Positions 46,701 through 59,863 of a stretch of 64,000 nt of DNA are shown piece after piece. The position numbers and the translations under genes are program-made. The notes under the pieces were generated by a model, which ran no database searches, was not told where the DNA came from, and saw nothing but the letters and a program-made list of their open reading frames with translations. The stretch spans positions 3,906,001 through 3,970,000 of the forward strand of contig OZ218951.1 in the NCBI GenBank assembly GCA_965112735.1. The letters run 5' to 3'. Origin of the DNA: Phaeosaccion multiseriatum. Lineage: Eukaryota; Protista; Ochrophyta, other classes. Position 1 is the first letter of the stretch. Every line of letters begins with the position of its first letter.

Positions 46701-49700
46701 CAAATTGCCATCCTCATGGGCTGTGCGGTGCTGCCGCACTTGAAGCAGGTGCGTTGTGGGGGTGGGTAGTACGTCAGTGTGTGGGAGGGGAAGGGGAATC
46801 CAAGTAAGGGGAGGGCGGGGGAGGGAGGGAGATAGACAGAAGACATGCATACCGGCCTTAGCACTTGATGAGACGGGACGACATTTTCAAAAGCTTACCC
46901 TCCTCCCCCCCCCCCCCGTCCTGCTTGCCCCCCTCTCCTCTCATCGCTCCCCTACCTCCTCACAGATGGTGGACATCGTGGAGCACGGGCTGGTGGATGA
47001 GCAGCAGAAGGTACGCACCACTCGCTCACACACTCGAATTCACTCACCCACCCATCCACCCACCGTCTCACTCACTCACTCACTCACTCACTCACTCACT
47101 GGCTGCCTCACTGACCCACGCATCCACCCCACCCACCCTCACTGACCCACCCACGCATCCACCCACCCACTCCCTCACTCTCTCCCTCACTCACTCCCTC
47201 AGGTGCGCACCATCACTGCGTTGGCCCTTGCTTCTCTGGCGGAGGCTGCTCATCCATACGGCATCGAGTCCTTCGACGCTGTGCTAAGGCCGCTGTGGAA
47301 GGGCATCCGCACGCACAGAGGAAAGGGGCTGGCGGCCTTCCTCAAGGCCATCGGCTTCATCATCCCGCTCATGGTGAGTGTGTCTGTGTGTCTGTGTGTC
47401 TGTGTAGGTGTGTAGTTGTAGGAGTGTGTGTAGGTGTGTATGTGTGTATGTACCATCAAACTTCTGCTACTGCTGCTGTATCACCAACTGCACCTTCCTA
47501 TATCTACCAGGACGCCACCTACGCAGAGTACTACACCAAGGAGGTGATGGTCATCCTTATTCGCGAGTTCCAATCCCCAGACGAGGAGATGAAGAAGATC
47601 GTACTCAAAGTGGTGAAGCAGTGTGTGGCTACCACAGGGGTGGAGCCGGTCTATGTGAGGGAGGAAATCATTCCTGAGTTCTTCCGAAACTTTTGGGTGA
47701 GGAGGATGGCCCTCGATCGCAAAAACTACAAGCAAGTGGTGGAGACGACGGTGGAGATTGCCAACAAGGTGGGCTGCTCGCAGGTGGTGTCGAGGGTTGT
47801 CGACGACTTGAAGGATGAGAATGAGCCCTATCGGAGGATGGTGATGGAGACCATTGAGCAGATCGTGCAGAACTTGGGCGTGGCGGATGTCGACGTCAGG
47901 TGAGAGAGGGGAAGAAGGGGGGAGGGAGGAGGGGGAGGAGGGAGGGGGAGGGGACGGAGGAAGGGAATAGAACCCGTGGGTGGGGAGGGGAGAAGGTTGT
48001 TTCTGGGCTAGGAAGGTGGAAGGGAAGAAGGCGATGATGATTCCAATTAGCTTTATCCTGAGGGTCTGAAAGCGATGCCCTTTCAAGGGCATTCGAGATG
48101 ATACCAAAGCTCCATAGCCTTCCTTCCTTGCCTCCTTCGCCCCCGTCGGCCGCTCAACAAGCTGAACAAGGTCCTTCGTAGCCGTTTCCCATATGTCCCT
48201 TCTCGTGTGCGCTGTGACTGCGTCGCGTAGGGAAGACAAGCCTTTTGTTGCCCGATGCCAAGTGTGTTTGCTGCTGTCCTACACCTCTGGCTCTTACCCC
48301 TCCCTCTCTCTCCTTCTCTCCCCTCTGCCCCCCCCCCCCTTCCTCCTGTGTAGGCTGGAGGAGCAGCTGATTGACGGAGTGCTGTACGCGTTTCAGGAGC
48401 AGTCGGGTGATGAGAACTCGCGTACCATGCTTGACGGCATCGGTACTGTGGTCAACGCGCTAGGCATGAGGTGCAAACCTTACCTACCGCAGGTGAGTGG
48501 AGAGGAGAGGGAGAGGGGGAGCGAAGGGAGAGAGGGGGAGGGGGGGAGGGAGAGCGGGAGAGGGGAGGGGATGGCGGGAGAGGGAGGGAGGGAGGGAGAG
48601 GAGAGAGCGGAGATCTCGGGATGGCGTTTCCCCAAGAAAAGGAGGGCACTTGATCTCTTTTTATACCGGTACCAGTAGCAAGTAGCTTCTATTATACTAG
48701 GAAGAGGGTTGTATCGCACCTTCTCCTCGGACTGAAACTCGAAACTCAAAACGCTTGAAATCAAATCAATCCCCAACCACAGGTGAGCGGTACGATAAAG
48801 TGGCGGCTCAACAACAAGAACGCCTTCGTGCGTATGCAAGCCGCGGACCTGATCGGCCGCATCGCCGTGGTGATGAAGACGTGTGAGGAGGACACGCTGA
48901 TGGGCCACTTGGGGGTGGTGCTGTACGAGTACCTCGGAGAAGAGTACCCTGAGGTGAGGAGGAGTGGAGGTGTGGTGTGGTGTGGTGTGGTGTGGTGTGG
49001 TGTGGTGTGGTGTGATGTGATGGGTGTGGTGTGGTGTGGTGTGGTGTGGTGTGGTGTGGTGTAGTGTGGTGTGGTGTGGTGTGGTGTGATGTGGTGTGGT
49101 GTGGTGTGGTGTGATGTGATGTGGTGTAGTTTGGTGTGGTGTGGTGTGGTGTGGTGTGGTGTGGTGTGGTGTGGTGTGGTGTGGCGTGGTGTGGTGTGGT
49201 GTGGTGTGGTGTGCTTTTATATGTATGTGGGTATGCGCCATCTGCGATGCCAAGCTCTCTTGATGTCCCAGTGTAGAGCTCGGTATTATGTCGAGATGGA
49301 GCTCTCTATATTTTTTAGTACAGGCTCTTTTGGTGTCGAAGCTGTCCCCGCTCGCCTCCACACCCCCTCCACACCCCACCCAAACCCCACACCCACCCTC
49401 GCACCTTACATCTTACACCCCTCACCCTCCCCAACTTGCTTGCTTGCACTCTGGCGCTTCCCACCCACTTGGTGCTTGCACTCTTGCTTTGCTTGCGCTT
49501 ACTTTGCCTTGCCAGGTGCTGGGGAGCATCCTCGGAGCACTCAAGGCGATAGTCAACGTCATTGGAATGTCCAAAATGACCCCTCCCATCAAGGATCTCC
49601 TGCCCCGCCTCACTCCCATCCTCAAGAATAGGCACGAGAAGGTGCAGGAGAACTGCATCGATCTTGTCGGGCGCATTGCGGATCGAGGGGCGGAGTTTGT

Positions 49701-51588
49701 GAGTGCTCGGGAGTGGATGCGAATTTGTTTCGAGCTGCTGGAGATGCTAAAGGCCCACAAGAAGGCGATTCGAAGGGCCTCGGTCAACACTTTCGGGTAC
49801 ATTGCCAAGGCCATTGGCCCGCAGGATGTGCTGCACACGCTCCTCAACAACCTCAAGGTCAGTGAGAGTGAGAGAGGAGAGGGGGCAGGGCAGTCTGTTT
49901 ATTGACTTGTGGGAATCAACCCAAGAAATACGTAATTGTGAGGAGAGAGAGAGGGGTGTGGGGGGTGAGGGAGGGAGGGGAGAGGGAGGTATAGACATGA
50001 GTTTTTTGTTGTTGTTGGATGTGAGTGCGTGTGTGTTTCGTGTCTTTCTCGCTGGCTCCCTCCCTCCCGCCATCCCTCCCTCCACTCTTTTCTATGCACA
50101 CTACTTACTGTATCACCAACTCCTCCTGCTGCACTGCGGCTGTATCTATACCTGTACCACCAACAGGTGCAAGAGCGCCAGAACCGCGTGTGTACCACCG
50201 TGGCCATCGCCATCGTGGCTGAGACGTGCTCGCCCTTCACCGTGGTGCCTGCCCTCATGAATGAGTACCGAGTACCCGAGCTCAACGTGCAGAACGGAGT
50301 GCTCAAGGTGTGTCAGTGGGTTGTTCATGGTCTCGTATTTCTCATGTCCTCCCCTTCCTTCCTTCCTTCCTTCCTTCCTTCCTTCCCCTTACTTGCTCGC
50401 TCCCTCCATCAACACACTCCTTCACTCCCTCCACTCCTTCACTCCACTCGCTCACTCCATTAACTCCCTCCCCCCCCTCCTTCCTTCCCCCTTCCCGTTC
50501 CCCAGGCTCTCTCCTTCATGTTCGAATACATCGGAGAGATGGGCAAGGACTACATCTATGCTGTGACCCCCCTCCTCGAGGACGCCCTCATGGACAGGGA
50601 CCTTGTGCACCGGCAGACGGCTTGCACCACCGTCAAGCACATTGCCCTCGGCGTGTCGGTGAGTGCTTGGTGGGCTTGGGCTTCCAATGTATTTGTGTTC
50701 GGATATAGAGCTATTCGACACAGAGTATGGAGTGGGGGTGTGGAGGTGTTCGCTTCCACTCCCTCCCTCCCTCCTTCCTTCCTTCCCTCCTTCCCTCCCT
50801 CCCTCCTTCCTTCCCACCCTCCTTCCTTCCCTCCCTCCCTCCCTCCCTGACTCCCTTCTTCCTTCCTTCCTTCCCTCCCTCCCCCCCTCCCTCTCTCTCT
50901 CCCTCCCTCACTCCCTCCCCCCCCCTCCCCTCAGGGCCTGGGTTGCGAAGACGCTCTTGTGCACCTCCTCAACTTTGTGTGGCCGAACATCTTCGAGGTG
51001 TCACCGCACGTCATCAACGCCGTGATGGAGGCCGTAGAGGGCATGATGGTGTCTCTGGGAGCCCTGAGAGTGTTGCAGTTCGTGCTGCAGGGGCTCTTTC
51101 ACCCGGCACGACGCATTCGGGACGTTTATTGGAAGATATACAACAGGTGAGTGTGAGGCGGTGGGTGGGGGGATGGGGGGGTACATAAGTCAATGGGTGG
51201 GCGACAGGGTAGTGAGTGGAGTTTGAGTGCGTGTTGGGAGTGGTGTGTGAGTGAGTGGCGTGTGAGTGAGTTAGTGGGTGTGCGTGTGTCTTAAAAGGGT
51301 TGGGGAGTGGTGGGAATGAGTGAGTGAGTGGTGGGAGGGAGGGAGTGAGTGCGTGTGCTTATGGTATAGTGTTGGGTATCAGGGGTATACTAAAAGACAC
51401 ACACAACAACGGGGCCCTAACCCCATCCACTGCCATCCCCCACCCTCCATCCATGCATCGCCAGCCTTTACATCTACGCAGCCGACGCTTTGACTGCCGC
51501 CTACCCGGTCATAGAGGACGAGGAGGGGGCAGGGGAGGACGCCCCAGGCAACACCTACCGCAGGACACACCTCGAGCTCTTCATCTAA
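43730..51588 (+). CDS. SF3B1: Splicing factor 3B subunit 1 (about 13 exons)
   Basis: N-terminal RWDETP/ULM repeats, [69 protein letters not shown]|[13 protein letters not shown] and LQGLFHPAR. Ends [10 protein letters not shown] (TAA 51586-51588). Confidence 0.98.
48026..48165 (+). ncRNA. Candidate intronic box C/D snoRNA or structured element in an SF3B1 intron
   Basis: Box C ATGATGA (48034-48040). An 11-nt antisense to LSU rRNA CCCUCAGGAUA (48054-48064) lies 1 nt before CTGA (48066-48069). A 7-bp hairpin ATGCCCT/AGGGCAT and a C'-like GAGATGA follow. The position of box D is ambiguous. Confidence 0.45.
48969..49213. repeat. (GTGTG)n pentanucleotide microsatellite in an SF3B1 intron
   Basis: About 245 bp of GTGTG units with few variants. 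Confidence 0.95.
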
Positions 51589-52713
51589 GGAGGCATGGAG
51601 GCATGGGGGCACCGAGGCATTGAGGCAATCATCAACCGAACCATCCTCCATCTCTCTGACCCCCATCATCGCTTCCTCTCACCATCTGGTTGATCCTGGA
51701 TGGCGTAATGGCACCGCATCCTATGAGACATCGTATGATATTATGAAGTACATATCATAGGAAGTGACTTATCTGCAAAGGGGGAGCTGCCCTCTGACGG
51801 ACCAACTGACTCGGACCAACTGACTCGGAGACCTACGGACTCTCATCTGACTTGAATCTAATCTTTTGATCAGATCAAACCTGATCTGATTGTGACATAT
51901 AACTCGGACGGGCTGATGGCACTCCACTCGGGGGGACTCTGACCTAATAATGATCGGATGGACTCCGTCCGTCTTGCTTGGGTGTGGGCTTGGGGGCTGT
52001 GCCTTTCTTGCTTGGGTCTGGGTTGGGGACTCGCGACGCATGGCTTGGAGTGCAGTGCAGTGCAGTGCAGTGCAGTGCAGATGAGCGACCGACGAGAGAC
52101 AACAGACGACAGACCTAGACGGGGGGGGGGGGAGAGGGAGGACTCGAGCGAGGAAGGCGTTGTCGAAGGTGCGGGGGTGATGGGAGGGGTTGCGAAGGCC
52201 TCCTCTCCTGTCTGTCGTACAGCAAGCAGGGGAGGGAGGGAGGGAGGGCGGGCGGTGCATGCGAGGAGATCTGAATACAAAGGGATCAAGAGTAGAGGGA
52301 ACAGCCCCGTCTTCAGGTGCACGAAGCTGAGTCGAGGGGAGGGGGGGGGGGGTTTGCGTGAAACACCGGAGTCAGTTATCATTTTAAGTAGTGTATGTGA
52401 TTGCGTTGCTTTTATATACATTTGTGCTCTGCTCCACTTGTCGTCTTTGTGGACGCGTAAGTAAGCGTAAGGGGTCTTGAGAGTGACTACTCATACGCGG
52501 TGAGGGCACAGCCTGCGGGCCCGCCAGGCTGGGAGACAGGCCGGTAGGCAGGAGTTGAAGCACTTGTTTTTCGATGTTCGATGCATGCCGCCCTGTCCAC
52601 GTGCAATTCATTCGGCAGCCATTATTGAACAATAAGCCAGTGATATTTGCCAGTCGGTGATACCACTGACACGCCTCGCGGTGCCAGGCCCTCCATTCCC
52701 ACCAATCTCTCCA

Positions 52714-53165
52714 TCAGGAGAAGGACGCCCCCCTTCGTGTGGATCTGCCAGCAGGGCCGGCAGGGGAGGGTAGACCAGAGTGTGTGGTGTGTCCGCCCGC
52801 CCCACCGCTGAGAGCGCCGCTCACCACCCTTACGCCACTGAGGCCACTGAGGCCACTGAGACTGCGATGTATCGATGCCTTCGTGCTGCCCCCCCCTCCT
52901 CCTCTTCCCCCTCCTTCTCCTCCTCCTCCTCCTCCTCCTCCTCCTCCGCCCCCTACACCCCCTCCAGCCTCTCGACGCGAGCTCCCTCGAGAGATGGCAG
53001 AGAGCGAGGAACGGTCTGGCGCTGGCGCTGGCGCTGGTCCTCCTCCCCCTCCTCCTCCTCCTCCTTCTCCTCCTCCTCCTCCTCCTCCTCCTCCTCCTCC
53101 TCCTCCTCCTCCTCCTCCTCCTCGGAACAAGTGCTGGTGGGGGTGCTGCTGCAAGCGCTGCAGGA

Positions 53166-53196
<31 letters not shown>

Positions 53197-53522
53197 GGCA
53201 AACACCCTCTGCTGGTACTGCAAGTGCAAGTTCCCCTCCACCTCGAGTCGACGCTGCTGAAGGAGGGCGCGTTTGCGCTCACAGAAAGACGCCTCCACCT
53301 GCTGAGACGAAAGCGAGGAATGGTACCACCCACCCCCCCCTACCCCTCCTCCTCCTCCTCCTCCTCCTCCTCCTGACTGACTGACTGCCGCCGCTGCCGC
53401 TCTGCCCCCGCCTGCCGCACAGGCCACCAGGCTCATCTTGGGAGACAGTGCGCCTTCTCCTCCCCTCCCTTCAGTGGCGTCCTCTTCCTCCTCGGTGGTC
53501 ATCCCCCCCGCCCAGCTCGGAC

Positions 53523-53556
<34 letters not shown>

Positions 53557-56500
53557 GCCGCCCCTGACGATAGAGCGTCGATCCTTTTGGATGAGAGTGA
53601 GCTCTGCACTGGGGTATACGCCAAGAGCCCGGAGCTGCTCCAGCTCAGACGTTACCTGCGGTGAGGCACAGAGAGGGAGGGGTGGAAGGGGGAAGAGAGG
53701 GGAGAGGAGAGTGAGGAGAGAAGAGGAGTGGGAAAGGAGAGAGAAGAGAGAGAGGAGAGGGGAGGAGAGACGAGAGGAGAGTGAAGAGAGAAGAGGAGTG
53801 AGAGAGGAGAGAGAAGAGAGAGGGGAGAGAGGGGAGAAGGGAGGAGAGACGAGAGGAGAGTGAAGAGAGAGAGGAGAGGGGAGGAGAGTGAAGAGAGGAG
53901 AGGAGTGAGAGAGGAGAGAGAAGAGAGAAGAGGAGTGAGAGAGGAGAGAGAAGAGAGAGAGGAGAGAGGGGAGAAGGGAGGAGAGACGAGAGGAGAGGGA
54001 AGAGAGAAGAGGAGTGAGAGAGGAGAGAGAAGAGAGAGAGGAGAGGGGAGAGGAGAGTGAGGAGAGAAGAGGAGTGAGAGAGGAGAGAGAAGAGAGAGAG
54101 GAGAGGGGAGGAGAGTGAAGAGAGGAGAGGAGTGAGAGAGGAGAGAGAAGAGAGAGGAGAGGGGAGGAGAGACGAGAGGAGAGTGAAGAGAGAAGAGGAG
54201 TGAGAGAGGAGACAAAAGAGACGGACGAGAGGAGAGTAAAGAGAGAAGAGGAGTGAGAGAGGAGAGGACAGGAGAAGAGCAGGGGAGTGAGAGAGAGCAG
54301 AGAGAGAAGAGACTCCGACAACTCGAACTCAAACTCACCGACTTCTCCGTGCCGATGAGTGCGTGCGCCCAATCGAGCTCCGCCTGCAGGCTCTCTCGCT
54401 CCACGCTCAGCTCCTGTGTGGGCTTAATGCACGACACCCATGCCGAGGCCCCTGCCGGCAGATACGACGGCCGTCGCCTTGTCACAAGGCTGCTGCTGCT
54501 ACTACTATTGCTCGTCTTACCGCCCTCGCTCGGACCCGCTTTACTGGTACCGCAACTATTGTAACTGTTGTAACTGTTGTTGGCGTACGCGGCCTCAAAG
54601 CGGTGCTTCTCGGTGGCCTCCGCCGCTGCCTTGCGCGTGAAGGCGAGGATGGTGGCTGCGAGCTTGCCGTTGAACAGCTCCATGAGCAGGGAAGACGCCG
54701 AGGTGATGAGGTACAGATCATTACCGAGACTCTTGTCGCTGCCAGCCCCCCCCCCCCCCCCACTGCCCCTCCCTCCGCTGCCATTGTGCCTGCCACTCCC
54801 CCGCCCCGAGGCCTTGGGCTTCTTGGGCAGGTACCGCGCAACCTCGCTCTCCACCTTCGCAGGTGCTTTTCCTCCTCCTCCCCCTCCTCCCCCCACACTG
54901 CTGCTGTTCTTCTTGTAGGCTCGGAGGTCGAGATGAAGCTTGAGCTCCGCGTGTGTGGGGCACAGGTAGTAGGGAGGGTGCAAGGGAGACGCGTCCGACA
55001 GGCAAGCACGCCACCGGCAAATGTCCGACAGAAGCGCGTCGTCCCACATCCTCCCCCTTCCTCCTCCCCTGCCCGCCTTGCCGCTGCCTCCCCCCCCCCC
55101 CCCCGCCTCCTCCACCCCCTGAGCTCGTGAGTGGTGCCCCTCCTCCGCTCCCCCCCGGTGACCCCGCCCCGAGGGGTCCCCCTGCGCTCTTTCTCCTCTG
55201 CCCTTTGCTTCTGAGGCTGTTCGTGCTCCCCGATGGAGTCAATTGGGGCACGAGTGTTGTTGTCGTTGTTGCTGTTGCTGTTGTTGCTGTTGTAGCTGTT
55301 GTAGCTGTTGTCTCCGACAGCCCATCCCACGCGGAGTGATGCTCTGCCGGCGGCCCGACGCCTGTCCCAGCCTTACTAATAATAGTCTTTCGGCCTCTTG
55401 CTACCGCTCCTCCCGCCCCCCCCCCCGCTCCTCCTCCTCCTCCTCCTCCTCCTCCTGCTACTGCTACTGACCCCGCCTTGTTGAGGCCCCTCACCCTCGC
55501 CCTCCCCCGTGTTTCTGCTTCCCCTTCCCGCTCTTCCTCCTCCCCAGTGGCTGCTGCTGGACCACCAGCGGGCACCTCCAGCTGCACCAACAGAGCCGTG
55601 GTGTGTGCCCAGGGGTTCTCCTTCGCACCCCCTCCTCCCCCTTCGCCCCCCCCTACTACCGCCCCCCCCGACACTTTAGTAGAAGGCGGCGGCGTGATGT
55701 GGGGACTCATGACGAGGGCATAATGGTGATGGAAGTCCCGCCGCGCCACTCCTATTCCATTGTCCTGGAGCCTTTCTTGTGCCCCTGCTCCTCCTCCTCC
55801 TCCTGCTCCTCCTCCTCTAGCAGCACTGCTGGCACACCAACCCATGCCCGTGGATGTTTTCTTCCCATTGCACACGTCCCCCGCAGTCTGTTGTTGCTGC
55901 TGTATCACCACCCGCTGCTGCTCTTCTATGCCTCCTCCTCCTCCTCCTCCTCCTCCTCCTCCTCCTCCCCTCCCTGCCCGCCATGCCCAGGACGGCTCGT
56001 CAGGCAGCACATTGACAGCGTCGGGTGGCCAGAGCGAAGTCCCCGCCCCGCCACCCCCACTCATTCCTGCCAGGTACAGCTTGAGCAGCTCCTGCATACA
56101 CGACGCGTCCAGCGGCACCAACACGCTCCCGAGGAGAGGAGACAGAGACAGAGACACGCTGCTGCCTCCACCCCCAACCCCTCCCTCGGCCCCGCTCCTC
56201 GTACCACCACCACGCGCACCAAGCGGCCCTGCTCCTCCTCCTCCTCCTCCTCCTCCTCCTCCTCCTCCTCCTCCTCCTCCTCCTCCTCCACCACCACCAC
56301 CTCCTCCACTTCCTCCCTCTGACGACAGCTGGGACCTACTGTTGGAGCCGAGGCCGTCACCCCTGGCAGTACTGTCGGCCATCCGGTCGGGGCTGGGCAG
56401 GGGAACTGCATGGGGTAGGGGAACGGTCATGGGAATGTAGAGGCTGGTGAGGGTGAGGGCATCTCTCATACGCTCTCGCCCGCCCCTCTTGCTGCCGCTG

Positions 56501-58243
56501 TGGCCGTGGCTGTGACTGTGAGTGTGAGTGTGAGTTTGCGTCTCTTTCGGAGGGGTGGGCACACCGAGGCTCGCTCTCTCCTCGGGAGACAACCTCCTCC
56601 AAAGCTCGACGAAGTCTCTCGTTTCGAGCAGCTGCAGCACGCTTGCAGGGGCAAAGTGGAGCTGGCGTTTCACCCCTGCATGCCTCGTCGTCGACGGCCT
56701 GCAGCTATTGTTGCCCTCTCCCTCTAACCCATGTTGTAGCTCACGCCCAACATGACCATTCCCTACAGCGCTGCTGCTGCTGCTGCTGCTGCTGCCATTC
56801 ATGCCGGTCGAGCCTGTGCCCCCCGCCTCGCTCTCGCGTATCCTGTGCCGCTGCTCGCCCCCCTCCACCCCCCCCCCAGCAGGCACCTCTCGAGGAAGCT
56901 GTACATCGACGATGAGCACATCCGGCATGGACAAGAGGGCTTGCGCCTCTGCGCTGTTTCTGTCTTTGCCGCCCAATGTGCTCTTCTCCCCCTTGCTATT
57001 GCTCTTATTGCTCGTACTACTAGTGGTAGTGGCACTCTCCACTGGCTGTCGATGCTCGCCAGAGGTGGCCCGGACCCTCCAGCTGACTTCCTTCCGCAGC
57101 AATCCGGCCTGGGTCACCCCACAGCCTGCGCACAGCTCATTCCACCCCTCTCTTCCCTCATGCTCCCCCTCTCTCTGTTGGCTTGCGCCCCCCGCCGCCG
57201 CCTCTTGTGTGTTCACCAAAGAATCCTCCTCTTCACGCCCTCCTGGGGAGCCCCCACAGTAAGCATCCACCAGCGCCGCAGCAATCCGTTCGGCAGTCTC
57301 CCCAGACGAAGAGTCCGGCCCCGTCCCAGCCGCCCCCCCTCCCTCCGCCCCCGCCCTGCTATCCCTGCTATGCTCGCTCTCGTCGGTAGAGTCCCTCGCA
57401 CTCCCACCCCCACCTCCTCCTCCTCCTCCTCCTCCTCCTCCTCCTCCTGCTGCTGCTGCTGCTGCTGCCGCCAGCCGCTCCTCCACGCAGTAGTAGACAC
57501 TCGTGTTGGCAGGCTTAAGATAAAGCTGACGGGCCATCTCTAGCTGTAAAGCGGGCTCCTGGAGACTGGACAGAAGCTTCTCCCACTGTCCATGCTGCTC
57601 ACGCCGTAGCACCAACTCGTGCTGTTCCTCCTGCCGCTGCCTCTGCTGCTGCCTCTCCTTGGTCGTCTCATGACACCTATCCGCATCCCTTTCCTTGTCC
57701 TCGCCCCCCTGAAACCCCGATTCATCTGAGTCAGATTCAGGCACCCCGTGCTGCTGTTGCCTCGCCACCCCCGCCGCCTCCTCAGCCTCAGCCTCTCCTT
57801 GTTGGGCCTCCGTCTCCGGACCCACTCCGACCAAGAGCACGCGCTGCGGAGGACGTTGCCGGGAGAGACTGGGCAGTACCCAAGTGAGTCCCACAGAGCT
57901 CAGCAGCAGGAATAGACAGATTGGCGGCGGGGAGGCAGCTGCCGAGGCCGAGGCTGCTTCAGCTGACACGGTGTGCCTGGAGTGGAGCGGAGCACCGAAA
58001 GGTAGGGAGGGGGTGGAGGGTTGGGGTGAGGGTGGGGGTGAGGGTGGGGTTGAGGCGGGTACGTGAAGGAAGGGCAGGCCCAGAAGAGGAGAGGGGAAGG
58101 GAGAAGTGAGCGACGCAGTAAAGAGAGAGAGAGAGAGAGAGAAGGCACTTGCCCGCATGCAGACTCATAGCATCTCGCCTCGGCCTCAGAGCACCTCGGG
58201 GCACACACGCACACAAACACTCACTCACTCACACACACTCACA

Positions 58244-58278
<35 letters not shown>

Positions 58279-59818
58279 GCACACGGAGGGCTGCCAAGCA
58301 AACAAACCACCACGAGCAGAGCAGAGCAGAGCAGAGCAGAGAAGCAAAAGCAATGCGCACATACAGCAGCAGCCCAGGTGGGGCAGGACTGACTTCCTGA
58401 CTGACTGCCTGTGTGCGGTGCAACGTGTCCAGTAGTTTGCTTGTTGCCTACCTGAGGCGCCTGTTCCCATTGAAGGTCGCTCGCCGCAGTAGCGCACGCA
58501 GGTCCTCCTCGTCACCGCTGGATGGCAGCAGAAGGACTGTGTCGGGAGGATACTGCTTCTCCACCTCCGAGGGGGTGGAGGAGGACAGGAACGCTTGGCC
58601 GCTGCTGCTGTTGCTGCTGCTCCGCCGTCGATACGGCTGCGGCGGCTGCTGCTGCTCCATCTTTCCGTTTGTCCGGCTCTTTCTCTCCCCTCCTCCTCTC
58701 ATAGGGCTAAGATTTCCATTCACACCTTTCCCGTCCTGGACGCCGGTACCGGTACCGGGCACGGGCACGCTGCCCGATTTCAGTTTCAGTTGAATGATGC
58801 GCTTCACCTCCCCCAGTGGGACCTCCCCTACGGCCTTTAGTCTCTCAGCGGTGGACGGTAAGACAGTCCCCACCGCGACTCCACCTCCACCTCCACCCCC
58901 ACTCCCGCTTCGACTCCCATTCCACCTCGTCGCGTTGGTCAGCACACCAGCCACATAAAGCCTCGCCCATGCGTCCTGGTCAGAGGCCGTGTGGGCGGCT
59001 CCTGCTTCTTTTCCACCGCCTCCTCCTCCTTCCTGCCACGGGACGGGTGACGCACACAAGTCTCTGGCGACGACGCACCCCTTCCCGTCGTACTCCAACC
59101 TCGCGCAGAAGCGGGCCCATCTGGCGTCGAGCAGCCGCCTGCGCACGTCTTGCTCGAGCCCCTGCGAGAGCACTGCCCTCCTTCTCACGCCGCGCAGACG
59201 GGCCTTCTCGTACTCGCCGAGGCATTCATGCAGCAGCTCCTGCAGGGGGGGAGGGGATGAATGGATGGGTATGGACGGGTGCATGGAGGAGCCATCTATC
59301 AGTGGACGGAGAGAGGTAGGTGTTGAGGGGCGAGGAGGAAGTGGATTTACGGAAAGAGAGAGATAGAGCTTGAGGAGGGTAGCCACAGCTGTGTCTACGG
59401 GACCCTGTTGTCTCTCTTGTCTTCGCTCTGCCTCTGTCTCTGCAGGGCTTCAACGCCCTCTCGTGGAGGGGAGCAAAGGACCCAAGCCCACCTCCCTACT
59501 GCGTGGATATCCACCCCACCTGCAGTCGCCGGTCGGCTGAGCTCCTCTCTGCCGTGAGTCTCCGGTCCTCGAGCAACCCCCTTGCTCTGGCGCTGTCGAG
59601 GCAAGACTGCGACGCGCAGTGGAAGCGCTCTCCACGCTGCTGCAGGCGCGAGATGGACTGCCGCCGGGCCTGCAAGAGAAGCTCACGCCGCTGCCTCATG
59701 CGCCTCAGCCGCCCCGCCGACGAGCCTTTGCTCGCGTCTCTGAGCACTTGGAGCTGGAGCACTTGACGGGCGGGTGGGGCGCCTGATGGTGATGGTGCTG
59801 CTGCTCCTCCTCCTCCTC

Positions 59819-59863
<45 letters not shown>

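Noticed and set aside
48105-48117. AAAGCTCCATAG is antisense to an organellar-type LSU motif CTATGGAGCTTT
   Set aside because: It is not followed by a D box, and organellar rRNAs are not snoRNA targets; probably chance.
46550-49790. SF3B1 cancer-hotspot and drug-resistance positions (R625, H662, K666, K700, G742, R1074 equivalents)
   Set aside because: All motifs read as the wild-type consensus; nothing unusual.
51801-51890. 14-bp tandem GACCAACTGACTCG x2 and the hairpin ATCAGATCA/TGATCTGAT
   Set aside because: Only two units with no spacers, so not CRISPR-like. Consistent with decayed pentanucleotide repeats in an intergenic region.
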